From the sequence record MT478991.1: 64,000 nucleotides of DNA; one strand, given 5' to 3'. Numbering within the stretch: the stretch's first letter is position 1; every line of letters begins with the position of its first letter. This document shows positions 48,925 to 57,726 of the stretch, one piece after another. The stretch comes from Escherichia phage vB_EcoM_011D4. The notes beneath the pieces were generated by a model. It saw only the letters and a program-made list of their open reading frames with translations, ran no database searches and was not told the origin of the DNA. The translations under genes and the position numbers were made by a program.

Positions 48925-49512
48925 CTAAATATCTAACCAAGACAAGTCAGATCCGCCCAAGATTTTTTCGACGGCGGATCTATTTTCTTGATGATATAAG
49001 TTAAAACATGGTATCCCATGTCTACGGGCAACATAAACAGCAATTCGAGTTCCTCCAGAAACAATCCCATTAACTTCTTTCGCCCAAAATAACACACAAT
49101 CTACAGGATCATCAAGTGTCTCACCTAAGACTTGAGCAACATTTCTAGAAAACAGATTTTGCATGTATAACGGTATAGAACGAGGATTATCATAAACGTG
49201 TTCTAATTCATCCATCGCCAGATTTTTTTGTTCTAAGGTTTGCCATGCAATCACATCATGACCGTTATGCTTGTGGTCATAAAACTTCCAATTTGGAATG
49301 AAAATTTTTCTATAATCTGGATCGTAATACTTCATGAAAGCATTGTCCATACCGTAAGCCCCTCCAGAATGCGCTACAACGCGATTTTCTGACAATACCC
49401 TCCCAATGGTACTAGCCATTATCAAAATGTCGCTAGGCGCTTTTCTAGAGCCGATTAAAGCACATCTACGAAGTGGTTTTACTCCAAATAGATCTTGTAA
49501 CTGGTCAAACAT
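48925..49512 (-). CDS. DprA/SLOG-like Rossmann-fold protein (putative)
   Basis: 195 aa; IGSRKAPSD ... VVAHSGGAYGMDNAF resembles the DprA/Smf GSR ... SG.A.G.D motif; GGAGG upstream. Confidence 0.45.
   Translation of the reverse strand: MFDQLQDLFGVKPLRRCALIGSRKAPSDILIMASTIGRVLSENRVVAHSGGAYGMDNAFMKYYDPDYRKIFIPNWKFYDHKHNGHDVIAWQTLEQKNLAMDELEHVYDNPRSIPLYMQNLFSRNVAQVLGETLDDPVDCVLFWAKEVNGIVSGGTRIAVYVARRHGIPCFNLYHQENRSAVEKILGGSDLSWLDI
48949..48986 (+). terminator. hairpin terminator after gene 24 (overlaps the 3' end of the convergent minus-strand gene)
   Basis: agatccgcc-15 nt loop-ggcggatct followed by a T-rich stretch. Confidence 0.4.
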
Positions 49513-49648
49513 AATATTTCCTCCATAGAAAGCAATATCATACTACAAGTTAATAACAAATACAAGTATCCGCGTAGCGGAAGCGAGCACAGCGAGCAAT
49601 AAAAACACTTCCAGTAATTGATTAATAAATGTTCGAAACAAATTTTTA

Positions 49649-49690
49649 TTATTCTATAAGATAAGTCTTCGTTTTGATCATAATTTAATC
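49649..49690. repeat. conserved intergenic repeat, copy C (degenerate)
   Basis: ttctataagataagtcttcgttttgatcataatttaatc aligns to copies A and B. Confidence 0.5.
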
Positions 49691-49792
49691 ATACATGTAA
49701 AAACTACACAAAAGGATATCGCTTCGCGAACTCCTACGGAGTATAACATTTGTGTTACAATATGTAGTGATTAATAATTAACCAAAGATACA

Positions 49793-49839
49793 TTTTCTAT
49801 GTTCTAAAGATCTTTCTTCGTTTTGGTCATAATTTAATC
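49793..49839. repeat. conserved intergenic repeat, copy B
   Basis: ttttctatgttctaaagatctttcttcgttttggtcataatttaatc; about 41 of 45 positions identical to copy A. Confidence 0.6.
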
Positions 49840-49890
49840 AAACAGTATTAATATTGTGCACATGTAAACTAAAATTATGTTAATAACAGA

Positions 49891-49920
49891 TACAAAAAAG
49901 CCGCCCAGAAGGACGGCTAA
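49891..49920 (-). terminator. rho-independent terminator
   Basis: hairpin agccg-cccagaagga-cggct with a minus-strand U-run. Confidence 0.5.
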
Positions 49921-49926
49921 TGTTAA

Positions 49927-50364
49927 TTATTTGTTGATAACGATCTGATTTCGGCGAATGGTAACATTACTCTTAGAGATGATCAGATCATCCGGCACTA
50001 CGTTAGTTTTGTATGGCTGGAAGCGAACAAGCATCTGATTGCGTTTAGACCCTTCCTTAATCTTGATTTCCATCTGGATATTGTTGCCTACGTGAGCAAC
50101 CGCAATTTCACCTTTATTCTCATAGACCCACTTGCTGGTAACGTCTCCAGCAAAAGCCTTAATAACTTGCAATGCTTCGTCATATGCGGTAGAGCTGTGA
50201 ACTTTCAGAAGACCAGCCGTAGCAAGACGGGAGCAGGTGATCGCCGGAGATTGCCAAACATCAACATTAATTTGCTCAATCAGAGTAACACCGCCCTGAT
50301 CAACTGCTTTGAATGCTTCGAACATTGCCTTTTTCATTGCTACGTGGTTTTTACGGAATTTCAT
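49927..50364 (-). CDS. hypothetical protein
   Basis: 145 aa ORF, no recognisable motif. Confidence 0.45.
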   Translation of the reverse strand: MKFRKNHVAMKKAMFEAFKAVDQGGVTLIEQINVDVWQSPAITCSRLATAGLLKVHSSTAYDEALQVIKAFAGDVTSKWVYENKGEIAVAHVGNNIQMEIKIKEGSKRNQMLVRFQPYKTNVVPDDLIISKSNVTIRRNQIVINK

Positions 50365-50410
50365 AATTATTCACCTCTATTGATTAGTTATTCAGAATAT
50401 TAATTACAAA

Positions 50411-50686
50411 TCAGGACATTGCCCGTTTGAATGCGTCCATTATAACAGTGTTATTTGGCTTGTCAACACGTTTTTGAACTTTATTTTTAAATTTTTTGTT
50501 GATGTGGTGTTTACGATAAACAACCTTTTCACGGCTGGCGTAAGCCTCGCGTGCATCTTTTACCATCAACCATGCCTTAGCCGCATCTTGTCCGCTGATC
50601 CCGCCAATCTTCTTAGCAATATCAACAAAATTAAGACCGTGGTCTTCGCGTAGCATGTAAACCATTAACGCTGTTTTCTTGTCCAT
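50411..50686 (-). CDS. hypothetical small basic protein (possible DNA-binding)
   Basis: ORF track 50411..50794; trimmed to the internal Met (MDKKTAL) whose ATG overlaps the stop of the upstream ORF by 1 nt; weak HTH-like segment and Lys-rich C-terminus. Confidence 0.35.
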   Translation of the reverse strand: MDKKTALMVYMLREDHGLNFVDIAKKIGGISGQDAAKAWLMVKDAREAYASREKVVYRKHHINKKFKNKVQKRVDKPNNTVIMDAFKRAMS

Positions 50687-50883
50687 CACTTCGCCCCATT
50701 GACGATTAACAGGATAGTGATCAGTACCGGAAACTGGATCATGACAGTACCAATAAACCGGATAAACGCATTTTCTGACTTCCACACATGACATGCGACT
50801 AGCTGATAGACCATTGTTGCAACCAAAGCCAGAAAATACATCTCGATAGGTGCTTCTTTGATCAATCGTACAATCTCATTCAT
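50686..50883 (-). CDS. small membrane protein
   Basis: 65 aa, two hydrophobic helices; GAGGTGA upstream. Confidence 0.4.
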   Translation of the reverse strand: MNEIVRLIKEAPIEMYFLALVATMVYQLVACHVWKSENAFIRFIGTVMIQFPVLITILLIVNGAK

Positions 50884-51010
50884 ACTTCACCTCATACATT
50901 CATAAACACAACAACGAATAGGACAGTAACAGTTATTAAAGCCATTTTCAACCCCATATTCATAATATTTTCTTCGCCTCACTATGACAGTAGCATGTCG
51001 ATGCGTGCCA

Positions 51011-51037
51011 TTATAGGCATCTAAATCGCTCTGTCAA
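51011..51037 (-). promoter_or_regulatory. sigma70-type early promoter (TTGACA-15-TATAAT)
   Basis: minus strand exact TTGACA and TATAAT with a short 15-nt spacer, upstream of the 50883 gene block. Confidence 0.4.
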
Positions 51038-51041
51038 GCAC

Positions 51042-51073
51042 TAAAAACAAAAAAGCCACCCCGAAGGATGGCT
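51042..51073 (-). terminator. rho-independent terminator after hoc
   Basis: hairpin agccaccccgaaggatggct with a minus-strand U-run. Confidence 0.5.
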
Positions 51074-51084
51074 GATAGATTTCA

Positions 51085-52299
51085 TTAAGCAGGATGCGTT
51101 TCACGAATGCGTAGAACTCGCTCTAACGTATCTCGGTCCAGTTTATGTAACTCTTTGGAATGATACATGAAACCATTGCGAGATTCCATGCAAGTGCAAT
51201 CACTATATTTTTCTTCCGCTGCCGCGATCGTCTCCAGATCTTTGGCGTACTTGCTGGTAGAATAAACTTCTCGGTCACGCCACTCTAACCCAGCCTCATT
51301 GAATTTAACAATCTCGTCAAATACCCACCATCCAATGTAGATAAATGAAGTTTTGCGCCACGGGATCGGGTGTACGTAACGAAACATTTTAACAACTTCA
51401 ATGGAACATTTTCTGCTTGTACTTGCTGCAACTTCTACTGTTTCATCTTCGATCTGTTGATATAGTTTAGCAACACACCAGAATTTGGCTGTGTCATCGT
51501 AAGTAGCACTCTCTTTGAACAGATGACCGTCTGGCATGATAGAAAATCCTTCCAGTGCTTCGCCGTCCTCACTACCGATTAGAGTCGGTGACGGTTGCCC
51601 TTCGCGCTGCAAATACCAGTTATGTTTGATCGTCAATTCAGGCATACCGCTAGAATCGCCTACAATGTCCTCTGATACAACATAATTAAGTAAGATCTCA
51701 TTACCTAGTGCCACGGTCTTTGATTCCACCACATCCTGATCTACGTTCATTGTTGCCAGCATGATTTTAGTCGATGCGCTATTGGCTGAATTTTCCGACT
51801 CACCCCACACTTTTACAGTATACACGCCGTTTTTATCTGCTGTAAATTCTTGGATTGTAATATCCTGTTTTGTGTCTATAACTTCTTCGCCCTTACTCCA
51901 ACTATAATGTAGTTCATAGTTGTCTGCTGGAGTCTTCCCACCCGAAAATTTTACTGTTGCATGTAATTCTACGTCTTTTTGTGATGATACGTAGAAATGC
52001 GGCGGTTCGGTGATGTTTACGATTAATTCCGCTTCTTCCATGAGGAAAACTTCAGATTCTACTGATGCCATCGTATCGGTATCTTGTACCGTGACTTTAT
52101 AGCTACCAGCATTTTCACTTGTTGCGTCTGCTACAGTTAGCGTAGCTGTGTTATTTTCATGCTGTTGGTCGTCTTTTGTCCATGTATATGTCAAATTGCT
52201 GGGTAATGGTTCGTCACCCGTTACAGTCGCCGTTAAGGTGAAACCATCGCCAGCAAGAAAACATCTTTTGTCAGATTTAATTGATACTGTGAAAGCCAT
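51085..52299 (-). CDS. hoc: highly immunogenic outer capsid protein Hoc
   Basis: 404 aa; N-terminal MAFTVSI, Ig-like repeats, C-terminal YVHPIPWR ... GWWVFDEI ... ESRNGFMYH matching the T4 Hoc capsid-binding region as recalled. Confidence 0.85.
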   Translation of the reverse strand: MAFTVSIKSDKRCFLAGDGFTLTATVTGDEPLPSNLTYTWTKDDQQHENNTATLTVADATSENAGSYKVTVQDTDTMASVESEVFLMEEAELIVNITEPPHFYVSSQKDVELHATVKFSGGKTPADNYELHYSWSKGEEVIDTKQDITIQEFTADKNGVYTVKVWGESENSANSASTKIMLATMNVDQDVVESKTVALGNEILLNYVVSEDIVGDSSGMPELTIKHNWYLQREGQPSPTLIGSEDGEALEGFSIMPDGHLFKESATYDDTAKFWCVAKLYQQIEDETVEVAASTSRKCSIEVVKMFRYVHPIPWRKTSFIYIGWWVFDEIVKFNEAGLEWRDREVYSTSKYAKDLETIAAAEEKYSDCTCMESRNGFMYHSKELHKLDRDTLERVLRIRETHPA

Positions 52300-52468
52300 A
52301 TAAAGCCACTCCCATAGAAAATCCGAATTTAATTAATTGAAATAGTTGATTGTCATCAACCAGATAACCATTGCGAGATTCCAATATATGAGTATTAGAA
52401 TAGTGATGCAACGAGGCCGAAATAGTATCGATCTCGTCTGGGTATTTGTTCTGTTTGATGTAATACAT
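52277..52468 (-). CDS. small protein resembling the Hoc C-terminal segment
   Basis: 63 aa; KYPDEIDTISASLHHYSNTHILESRNGYLV aligns with Hoc KYAKDLETIAAAEEKYSDCTCMESRNGFMYH; overlaps the hoc start by 23 nt. Confidence 0.4.
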   Translation of the reverse strand: MYYIKQNKYPDEIDTISASLHHYSNTHILESRNGYLVDDNQLFQLIKFGFSMGVALYGFHSIN

Positions 52469-52564
52469 TGATTTTGTTAGACATGTAGTATCCTCTTTTT
52501 AATTGCATAACGGAACTACAATTAAAATTATAACAAATATTTCACAACTTTTATCACCCAAAAA

Positions 52565-53290
52565 TTACTTGAGTGTGTGGAATTGGCTATGTTTAGTCTC
52601 TCGCACCTTGACAGACCCATCGCGTTTGATATAATAGATCAGTGACTTGAGGGTGTCGTGTACATACGCGTGCGGGAAACGCTCTGGATACTTCTTCCAA
52701 TCTGGAGTATTAACGATCCAGTCGAAAATCCACCACGGGCAGGAGTAGTAACCACGACCGCCACCGATCAAGCAAATGGTCGGACGGAAGCCAGTAAGAT
52801 CGCAAAATGAATCAGTGTCATGTGCTGGGGAACGATGCTCTGCTTCGTTAGAGAAAATGTTGGCTACCGGAGATTCCACTTTAACTTCCGGTGCTTCTTC
52901 AACATCTGACTTAACTTCTTCGACCACTGGTTCAACTGCTGGAGATTCTTCTTTTGTTTCTTCAATGACGATCTCAGGTTCTTTCATTGCTTCAACCAGA
53001 GACGGATCAACTTCGTCGAATACCACTTTATCATCTGCGGTGTCTGCTGCCAGAATAAGATCGTTAATACTGGTTCCTTCTGCCGGAGTTTCTTCTTCCA
53101 TTTCGGAAGCCAGTTTAGTTAATTCGGTTTCTACGAACTCGATCATGTTCTCTAGGGATAAAGTCTTTTTGACCTTAATATCAAATTGTTTTGCGTAGTC
53201 AGCTAATTCTGTTTTAGCTGTTTTCTGTGCTTCTTTGTCGTCGGACGCCGCAATAGCGCGGAGTTCTTCGAAATATTCTTTATCAAACAT
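52565..53290 (-). CDS. Inh-like capsid-associated protein (putative; T4 inh position)
   Basis: 241 aa; acidic middle; C-terminus carries WWIFDWIV and PHAYVHD motifs resembling Hoc. Confidence 0.4.
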   Translation of the reverse strand: MFDKEYFEELRAIAASDDKEAQKTAKTELADYAKQFDIKVKKTLSLENMIEFVETELTKLASEMEEETPAEGTSINDLILAADTADDKVVFDEVDPSLVEAMKEPEIVIEETKEESPAVEPVVEEVKSDVEEAPEVKVESPVANIFSNEAEHRSPAHDTDSFCDLTGFRPTICLIGGGRGYYSCPWWIFDWIVNTPDWKKYPERFPHAYVHDTLKSLIYYIKRDGSVKVRETKHSQFHTLK

Positions 53291-53317
53291 GTTATTCTCC
53301 TGATTGGGGGGTGTTTG

Positions 53318-53325
53318 TATAAATA
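53318..53325 (+). promoter_or_regulatory. T4-type late promoter TATAAATA
   Basis: exact TATAAATA about 22 nt upstream of uvsW. Confidence 0.5.
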
Positions 53326-53346
53326 TTTGTATACTGTATTTATTGA

Positions 53347-54864
53347 GTGAGGCTATTCGCTATGCAAGATATTAAAATTCACTTTCTGAACTACTCCCAT
53401 GTTCAAATTGAATGTAGCGATTCAATTTTATTAGAAATGCGAGATTATTTTAGTTTTGAAGTCGAGGGAGCGCGGTTTCAAAAAAGATTTAAGTATGGTG
53501 GATGGGATGGGCGTATTCGTCTTTTAGATTACAACGGAAAGCTGCCAATCGGCCTAACTAAAACCGTGGGAATCTTCGCTAAAAATATGGGCTATAGCGT
53601 ATGGGTAGATCCTCGCTTATTCGAAAAAGAACAAGTTACAGAAGAAGAAATTACAAAATGGTGTAATGACTTAGAATTATATTCCGGTGCTAACAGGATC
53701 ACCCCGCATTGGTATCAATCAAAGGCCGTCTTTGAAGGTATTCATCATAAACGCCGTATGTTAGTTTTGCCTACGTCCGCTGGTAAATCTGCGATTGCTT
53801 GTATGTTGTCTCGCTGGTACTTAGAGAACTACGAAGGGAAAGTGCTGATCATCGTTCCTACCACGTCGCTAGTGCTGCAAATGCGTGATGACTTTGTTGA
53901 TTATCGCCAGTTTCCTTATGAAGCAATTCATACTATCATGAGCGGTACTAGTAAACACGTAGGTGATCGCCTGATCGTTGTTAGTACGTGGCAATCAGCA
54001 TGTAAACAGCCTCGTGAGTGGTTCCAACAATTCGGGATGGTTATTGTTGACGAATGTCACAAAGCCACTGCTAAAAACCTGCTAAACATCGTTACTGATA
54101 TGGATCATTGCCAATTTAAGATCGGCATGACTGGTTCACCTCGTGACGGGAAAGCTAACATGATGCAGTATGTCGGGCTTTTCGGTGATATTTCTAAGAT
54201 CGTGAGTATTGACCGCCTGATGGAAGAAGGGCAGGTGACAAAACTGAAAATTAACTGTCTTTTCCTTCGTTATACCGATGAGGAATGTAGCGCGGTTAAG
54301 GGTAGAGAATATGCGGAAGAGATCAAGTATATTACGTCTAACCCACGACGAAATAAGTTTGCTTGTAATTTGGCGCTAAAACTCGCTAAGAAGGGCGAAA
54401 ACGTATTCCTTATGTTCCGCAATACTAAGCACGGAAAACTTATGTATGACGCGTTACAGAAGGTACACGACAAGGTTTATTATATTGACGGTGGAGTTAA
54501 GACAGAAGAACGTGATGAATTTAAGAAAATGGCGGAGGGTGACACCGGGATCATTTGTGTTGCGTCTTATGGTGTATTCTCTACTGGTGTTTCAATTAAG
54601 AATTTGCATCATGTTATTTTCGGTCATCCAGTGAAGGAATCAACTATCGTTCGTCAGAGTATCGGTCGTGCATTGCGTAAACATGGTTCGAAAGACATTG
54701 CAACGGTCTGGGATCTTATAGATCATCTGGCGGTGAAGACAAAGAGCAAGAATGCTAAGAAACAGTTTAGCCACCTTAATTATGCTCTTAAACACGCGCT
54801 TGAAAGAATAAAAATTTACAACACCGATCGATTCGAATATGTCACGAAAACAATCGAGATCTAA
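53347..54864 (+). CDS. uvsW: UvsW DNA/RNA helicase (SF2)
   Basis: 505 aa; N-terminus IKIHFLNYSHVQIECS ... FSFEVEGARF ... WDGRIRLLDYNGKLP resembles T4 UvsW; Walker A PTSAGKS, DEAH-like VIVDECH. Confidence 0.85.
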   Translation: MRLFAMQDIKIHFLNYSHVQIECSDSILLEMRDYFSFEVEGARFQKRFKYGGWDGRIRLLDYNGKLPIGLTKTVGIFAKNMGYSVWVDPRLFEKEQVTEEEITKWCNDLELYSGANRITPHWYQSKAVFEGIHHKRRMLVLPTSAGKSAIACMLSRWYLENYEGKVLIIVPTTSLVLQMRDDFVDYRQFPYEAIHTIMSGTSKHVGDRLIVVSTWQSACKQPREWFQQFGMVIVDECHKATAKNLLNIVTDMDHCQFKIGMTGSPRDGKANMMQYVGLFGDISKIVSIDRLMEEGQVTKLKINCLFLRYTDEECSAVKGREYAEEIKYITSNPRRNKFACNLALKLAKKGENVFLMFRNTKHGKLMYDALQKVHDKVYYIDGGVKTEERDEFKKMAEGDTGIICVASYGVFSTGVSIKNLHHVIFGHPVKESTIVRQSIGRALRKHGSKDIATVWDLIDHLAVKTKSKNAKKQFSHLNYALKHALERIKIYNTDRFEYVTKTIEI

Positions 54865-54869
54865 TAAAT

Positions 54870-54893
54870 AGGGGCTTTAATGCCCCTTTATTC
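54870..54893 (+). terminator. rho-independent terminator after uvsW
   Basis: hairpin aggggc-tttaat-gcccct followed by a T-rich stretch. Confidence 0.5.
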
Positions 54894-54907
54894 TACGGAG
54901 ATTAAAA

Positions 54908-55144
54908 ATGATTAGCTTTAAACGTTTTTTGGTTGAGGCCGCTATTGACGGTTTCATGCGTAAGATTTATTCTTGTAATACTATCGAGGGATTAAATGAA
55001 CTTGAGGCATATTATGAGAAGCGCAAGAAAGAAACAGAATTGAAACCTGCTGATGATATTTCGATCCGTGATGCCATCGCTGGACGCCGTAAGCAATTGG
55101 AAGCGGACAACGAGCCAGAAGAGGAGCCGGAAGAGGATTTTTAA
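54908..55144 (+). CDS. UvsW.1-like small protein
   Basis: 78 aa acidic ORF immediately after uvsW as in T4. Confidence 0.5.
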   Translation: MISFKRFLVEAAIDGFMRKIYSCNTIEGLNELEAYYEKRKKETELKPADDISIRDAIAGRRKQLEADNEPEEEPEEDF

Positions 55145-55150
55145 GATATA

Positions 55151-55176
55151 AAAAAGCCCCATCATTGATGGGGCAA
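55151..55176 (-). terminator. hairpin terminator (minus-strand U-run)
   Basis: gccccatcattgatggggc hairpin with A-run on the plus side. Confidence 0.45.
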
Positions 55177-55207
55177 AATAAACCAATTAAAATCGGTTAT
55201 CAACAAA

Positions 55208-55384
55208 TTACATTAACAGCATTGTTTGCTCTACGAGTTGTTCTTGTTCTTCGCCGTTCGCATCTTCACTAATCGAACGTTCTGTTACTAGCTGTAAGCA
55301 GTAGCCAGTGTGAACAACGCCGTTTTCTGTCTGGACGGCTAACGCATCCTCGACAGGTTGTTTACAACAAATACAGATTTTCAT
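55208..55384 (-). CDS. small Cys-containing protein (58 aa, below ORF-track cutoff)
   Basis: hand translation MKICICCKQPVEDALAVQTENGVVHTGYCLQL...; AGGAGG 8 nt upstream; T4 uvsY.-1/-2 position. Confidence 0.35.
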   Translation of the reverse strand: MKICICCKQPVEDALAVQTENGVVHTGYCLQLVTERSISEDANGEEQEQLVEQTMLLM

Positions 55385-55405
55385 AAAAATTCCTCCTGCA
55401 TGTAT

Positions 55406-55813
55406 TTAGCGACCAGATTCCAGCATACGCAATTCTATAGCATTCTTGATCGCAAAGCCACGAGATTTAACGATATCAAGTGCGCGACCAGCGAAATCCA
55501 TTACCATCTGGTAATATGCAATTTTCGTATCAAGTGGCAAGATCTCGTCGTCTGCTGCCATGACAACTTTCAATTCTGATTTCTCGTACTCTGCGCGACA
55601 CCAGTCATCACTACGGTTAGTATAAAAATCAAGACGATTTTTCATAGCCTTTTTCTTTTTAGCCTCAAGTGCAATCGTCTCTCGCTTCGCCTCGCTGTAA
55701 ATCCTTAACCACTTTGAGTATACTACCGGATTATTCAGCGCCTCCCATTGCAACTTAGTCGCATCGATCTTCATGTCAGCTTCTAATTGTTCTTTCAAAT
55801 CGTTTAGGTCCAT
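55406..55813 (-). CDS. uvsY: UvsY recombination mediator
   Basis: 135 aa; KLQWEALNNP ... YSKWL ... YEKSELK ... KSRGFAIKN resembles T4 UvsY as recalled. Confidence 0.85.
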   Translation of the reverse strand: MDLNDLKEQLEADMKIDATKLQWEALNNPVVYSKWLRIYSEAKRETIALEAKKKKAMKNRLDFYTNRSDDWCRAEYEKSELKVVMAADDEILPLDTKIAYYQMVMDFAGRALDIVKSRGFAIKNAIELRMLESGR

Positions 55814-55860
55814 AATATCCCCTTATTCACACTAAGACCTATATCATATCACACACAAAA

Positions 55861-56259
55861 TCACTTTGCAAGTCTTATGCGTAGTTGTTCAAGATCATCT
55901 GGGTTATCTATTACTGAAAAGTAGATTGATACTATGATTGAGTTATCGTCGTACTGCGGAGTTACTTCTACTGTCAGGTTTCGGACCCGTGGTTCATAGT
56001 TTCGGATCGCCTCATTAATGTTTTTTGATAAGGTATCCACTGTCAGTGGGTTCATGTTCTCAAACAGTGATTTATTGAGATCGCATCCAAACAGTGGATC
56101 AAATGGACGAGATCCCTTGCGAGTAGTAACGATCAGTAGAATCGAATCCTTAACCGCTTTAATTCCTATGTTCTTTTTAACGTCGTTATTCCATGATCTG
56201 GATATATTGAGATCCAAATCAGTATACATCTGATTAATAGTTGCCATGTTATACCTCAA
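55861..56259 (-). CDS. 25: baseplate wedge protein gp25 (gpW/lysozyme-like)
   Basis: 132 aa; identical size and position to T4 gp25. Confidence 0.8.
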   Translation of the reverse strand: MRYNMATINQMYTDLDLNISRSWNNDVKKNIGIKAVKDSILLIVTTRKGSRPFDPLFGCDLNKSLFENMNPLTVDTLSKNINEAIRNYEPRVRNLTVEVTPQYDDNSIIVSIYFSVIDNPDDLEQLRIRLAK

Positions 56260-56885
56260 AGAATTTTAAGGAAACTGGATAGACCTGATAATGAATATAC
56301 ACCAGATTCCCCGCATTCGCATTTGATCGGTACTGCCAGCGTGATTTGATTTCTTGTTAGCTCGTCGATCACTTCTTCCACTTTATCCGTGGTAAGCATA
56401 TCCAGCACGCGGTCAAAGTCCTGTGCGTTCAGGTCGTCTATATTGAATTGCTGATCGCCGATCACGATATATTCGATACATGCAATTACCATCTGCATAA
56501 TATCAACATCTTCTGTAAACTTAGGTTGACGAAACTTGATTTTTACTTGTCCTAAGTCCAGAATATACGGTTCAACTTCTGGTATCTGTGTGCGTGAAAC
56601 ATCAAGAGAATATACTTTCTCTTTATTGCATACACCGCATACCCAAGTAGCATCAATTTTCATCTTATTGAGGCTGTGACACCATAAGAGAAGAAAAATA
56701 TATTCTGCTTCGCATTTCTCTAGCTCTAATGCATTGATCCCCGTACATTCATGTATGATCTCTATAACAACCTCTGACAGCTTGCCAGTCTCTTTTGCTG
56801 CTACCAGTTTTTGAAATTCGCCGAAGGTGAAAGCACGGGCGTGTATCAACTTTTCGCCTAATTGGATCTTGAAAAAGTATTGCAT
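56256..56885 (-). CDS. 26: baseplate hub protein gp26
   Basis: 209 aa; position and size match T4 gp26; start overlaps gp25 stop. Confidence 0.7.
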   Translation of the reverse strand: MQYFFKIQLGEKLIHARAFTFGEFQKLVAAKETGKLSEVVIEIIHECTGINALELEKCEAEYIFLLLWCHSLNKMKIDATWVCGVCNKEKVYSLDVSRTQIPEVEPYILDLGQVKIKFRQPKFTEDVDIMQMVIACIEYIVIGDQQFNIDDLNAQDFDRVLDMLTTDKVEEVIDELTRNQITLAVPIKCECGESGVYSLSGLSSFLKIL

Positions 56886-56927
56886 AATAAAACACCCTTT
56901 ATAAACACATAGAATTATTTAGTATTT

Positions 56928-56935
56928 TATAAATA
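56928..56935 (+). promoter_or_regulatory. T4-type late promoter TATAAATA
   Basis: exact TATAAATA about 21 nt upstream of gene 51 in the divergent 26/51 intergenic region. Confidence 0.5.
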
Positions 56936-56955
56936 CCCGAAAGGGGGATTATACC

Positions 56956-57726
56956 ATGAATATTATCCGAATAAAACTACCGGAAGGTGTGCAGAGATTT
57001 AAACCATTCACGGTAAAAGATTATAGAGATTTCCTTCTGGTGTCAACTGAAATTAAGATGAATCCAGAAGAAGAACAAACGATTCTTGATGAGCTATTAG
57101 AAGAAATATATCCAGAAGTAGATCCTGCATTTCGTGAATATATTTTCCTGAATGTCTTTACTAGTTCAATTGGTAAAACTAAGATACCGCTTTGTTTTAC
57201 TTGCCCGACTTGCAACAAAGAAAGAAAAATGTTGCTTAACTTACAGATTGAAGCACTAAAACCAATCGTTCTGGAGGCCGCAGGGCTTAAAATAACTTTC
57301 CGGTATGTGAAACCATCAACCGACTATGCAAAAACGTTTCTAGATGCGATAGAGCGTGTATCTGATGGTATTAATGATTATCTATGGACTGAATTACCGG
57401 AAGAAGTTAGAGAACAGGTTATCGATTCAATCTCATTTGCTGAATTTGAAGAAGTTGTTAAGCAGATGCACACGATCAAGATCGAACAAAAGATATCTTG
57501 TTGTGAAAGTCATGATCTAAAATACATAGGTCTTCTTCCATTATTCAAATTGTTGTTGAATCCAGATGAGTTATTCATCTTTTATCGAATAAACCATCTA
57601 TTGGCAAAATCAAATTATTCTATCAGTGATCTTATGGATATGTTACCGATTGAGAGAAACATTGCATTGACACTGGTCGAGAAAGACGTAAAAGAGGCAA
57701 ACAATGCAAAGAACGGGGTTTCCTAA
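56956..57726 (+). CDS. 51: baseplate hub assembly catalyst gp51
   Basis: 256 aa; position and size match T4 gp51. Confidence 0.7.
   Translation: MNIIRIKLPEGVQRFKPFTVKDYRDFLLVSTEIKMNPEEEQTILDELLEEIYPEVDPAFREYIFLNVFTSSIGKTKIPLCFTCPTCNKERKMLLNLQIEALKPIVLEAAGLKITFRYVKPSTDYAKTFLDAIERVSDGINDYLWTELPEEVREQVIDSISFAEFEEVVKQMHTIKIEQKISCCESHDLKYIGLLPLFKLLLNPDELFIFYRINHLLAKSNYSISDLMDMLPIERNIALTLVEKDVKEANNAKNGVS

Noticed and set aside
50687-50794. N-terminal extension of ORF 50411..50794 (first 36 codons)
   Set aside because: It overlaps the upstream membrane-protein ORF in another frame; the internal Met gives a clean 1-nt stop/start overlap.
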